Notes under the pieces: generated by a model
What the model saw: only the letters and a program-made list of their open reading frames with translations
What the model was told of the DNA's origin: nothing
Databases searched by the model: none
Shown here: in pieces, positions 62,948 through 64,000 of the stretch
Numbering within the stretch: position 1 is the stretch's first letter
How the letters are laid out: each line of letters starts with the position of its first letter
Source: Pseudomonadota bacterium
GTDB taxonomy: Bacteria; Pseudomonadota; Gammaproteobacteria; Thiotrichales; Thiotrichaceae
Assembly (NCBI GenBank): GCA_039797295.1
Contig: JBDKID010000003.1
Coordinates: 27,502-91,501, forward strand
Length of the DNA: 64,000 nucleotides
Direction: 5' to 3'
Made by a program: the position numbers and the translations under genes

Positions 62948-64000
62948 ATGACTAGTTTAATTGGTTTAGATCGCCAATACGTTTGGCATCCGTTTACACA
63001 AGCGCAGACCGCGCCTGATCCGATTCCGATTGTGTCCGCGCGGGGGATTCGTTTGGTTGCGCAGGATGGGCGTGAGTTTTTGGATATGGTGTCGTCGTGG
63101 TGGGTGAATATTCACGGGCACGCGCATCCGACGATTGCGGCGGCGATTGCGCAACAGGCACAAACCTTGGAACAGGTGATTTTCGCGGGGTTTACGCATC
63201 AGCCTGCGGTGCAGTTGGCGCGGGAGTTGGTGCAGCGTTTGCCGGAGGGTTTGACGCGGGTTTTTTTCAGCGATAATGGTTCGACGGCGGTGGAAGTGGC
63301 GTTGAAAATGGCGTTGCAATACTGGCACAACCAAGGCGAGACGCAGCGCACGCGCTTTTTGGCGTTTGAGGGCGGTTATCACGGTGATACGGTTGGGGCG
63401 ATGTCGGCGGGGAAAGGTTGCGGTTTTTTTGATACTTACGGCAGTTTGTTGTTTGAGGTGGGTTTGCTGCCTTTTCCGGCAACGTGGGACGCTGATACCG
63501 AGGTCGCGGCGCGTGAACAGGCGGCGTTAGCGCGGTTGGATGCGTTCATCGCGGAACACGGCGCGACGATTGCGGGTGTGATTGTCGAGCCATTGATTCA
63601 GGGTTCGGCGGGTATGCGCATGTGCCGCCCTGCGTTTTTGCAGGCTTTGGCAAAACGTTTGCGTGAGGCAAATATCTTATTGATTTTCGATGAAGTCATG
63701 ACGGGTTTTGGGCGCACGGGTGCGTTATTTGCGAGTTTGAAAGCGCAAGTCACGCCGGACATTATTTGTTTGTCGAAAGGTTTAACCGCTGGCTTTTTAC
63801 CCATGTCGGTAACGGTGGCGACGGAAGCGGTGTACGCGGCATTTTTGGGCGAAACCTTTGACCGTTCGTTGGTGCATGGGCATTCGTTTACCGCGAATCC
63901 GTTGGGTTGTGCGGCGGCGTTGGCTTCGTTGCAGGTGTTTGAAGACGAGCAAACCTTAAGCAAGTTGCCGCAAATTGAGGCGTGGCATCGCCAGCATTTG
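62948..64000 (+). CDS. bioA: Adenosylmethionine-8-amino-7-oxononanoate aminotransferase (partial, runs off right edge; absent from ORF track)
   Basis: VWHPFTQ, SSWWVNIHGH, SDNGSTAVEVALK, YHGDT, FDEVMTGFGRTG, LSKGLTAG, HGHSFTANP. Confidence 0.97.
   Translation, partial: MTSLIGLDRQYVWHPFTQAQTAPDPIPIVSARGIRLVAQDGREFLDMVSSWWVNIHGHAHPTIAAAIAQQAQTLEQVIFAGFTHQPAVQLARELVQRLPEGLTRVFFSDNGSTAVEVALKMALQYWHNQGETQRTRFLAFEGGYHGDTVGAMSAGKGCGFFDTYGSLLFEVGLLPFPATWDADTEVAAREQAALARLDAFIAEHGATIAGVIVEPLIQGSAGMRMCRPAFLQALAKRLREANILLIFDEVMTGFGRTGALFASLKAQVTPDIICLSKGLTAGFLPMSVTVATEAVYAAFLGETFDRSLVHGHSFTANPLGCAAALASLQVFEDEQTLSKLPQIEAWHRQHL

Noticed and set aside
62966-63963. Minus-strand ORFs at the right edge
   Set aside because: Shadows of bioA, which the track missed because it has no stop in the window.

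Overview
This is mostly core chromosome from a gammaproteobacterium (about 50% GC by eye; my unverified impression is Thiothrix-like). It carries thiC, rnpB, the dcw cluster (decayed mraZ, rsmH-ftsL-ftsI-murEF-mraY-murD-ftsW-murGC-ddl-ftsQAZ-lpxC), dciA-like/M23/secA/argJ/mutT, radA-corB-ccsA-like, ffh, rpsP-rimM-trmD-rplS, mpl-ubiX-trx, aroC, birA-coaX-SPOR, 6S RNA-zapA, ygfB-pepP-ubiH and the start of bioA. I found no tRNA, rRNA, CRISPR array, transposase or integrase. The most unusual locus is a ~4 kb block between ffh and rpsP. It holds three separately terminated paralogous small lipoprotein genes, each with a 21-aa signal peptide, Cys22, a variable Gln/Pro/Ala/His-rich spacer and a conserved C-terminal module containing invariant VKAKGNYKG; two end in Tyr-Gln-(Gln)-Lys. 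Two exported proteins with Cys...His papain-like motifs follow. I read this as a candidate undescribed cell-envelope tethering or cross-linking system, which is inference. Other points: mraZ is a pseudogene while its promoter and operator-like repeats persist; a DEAD-box protein has lost its catalytic motifs; there is a candidate ~80-nt sRNA beside a probably leaderless aroC; FtsI has a large insertion; and an AT-rich AlbA_2 (internally deleted) plus McrA-like HNH islet sits in front of bioA. All calls are by eye; no database searches were run.
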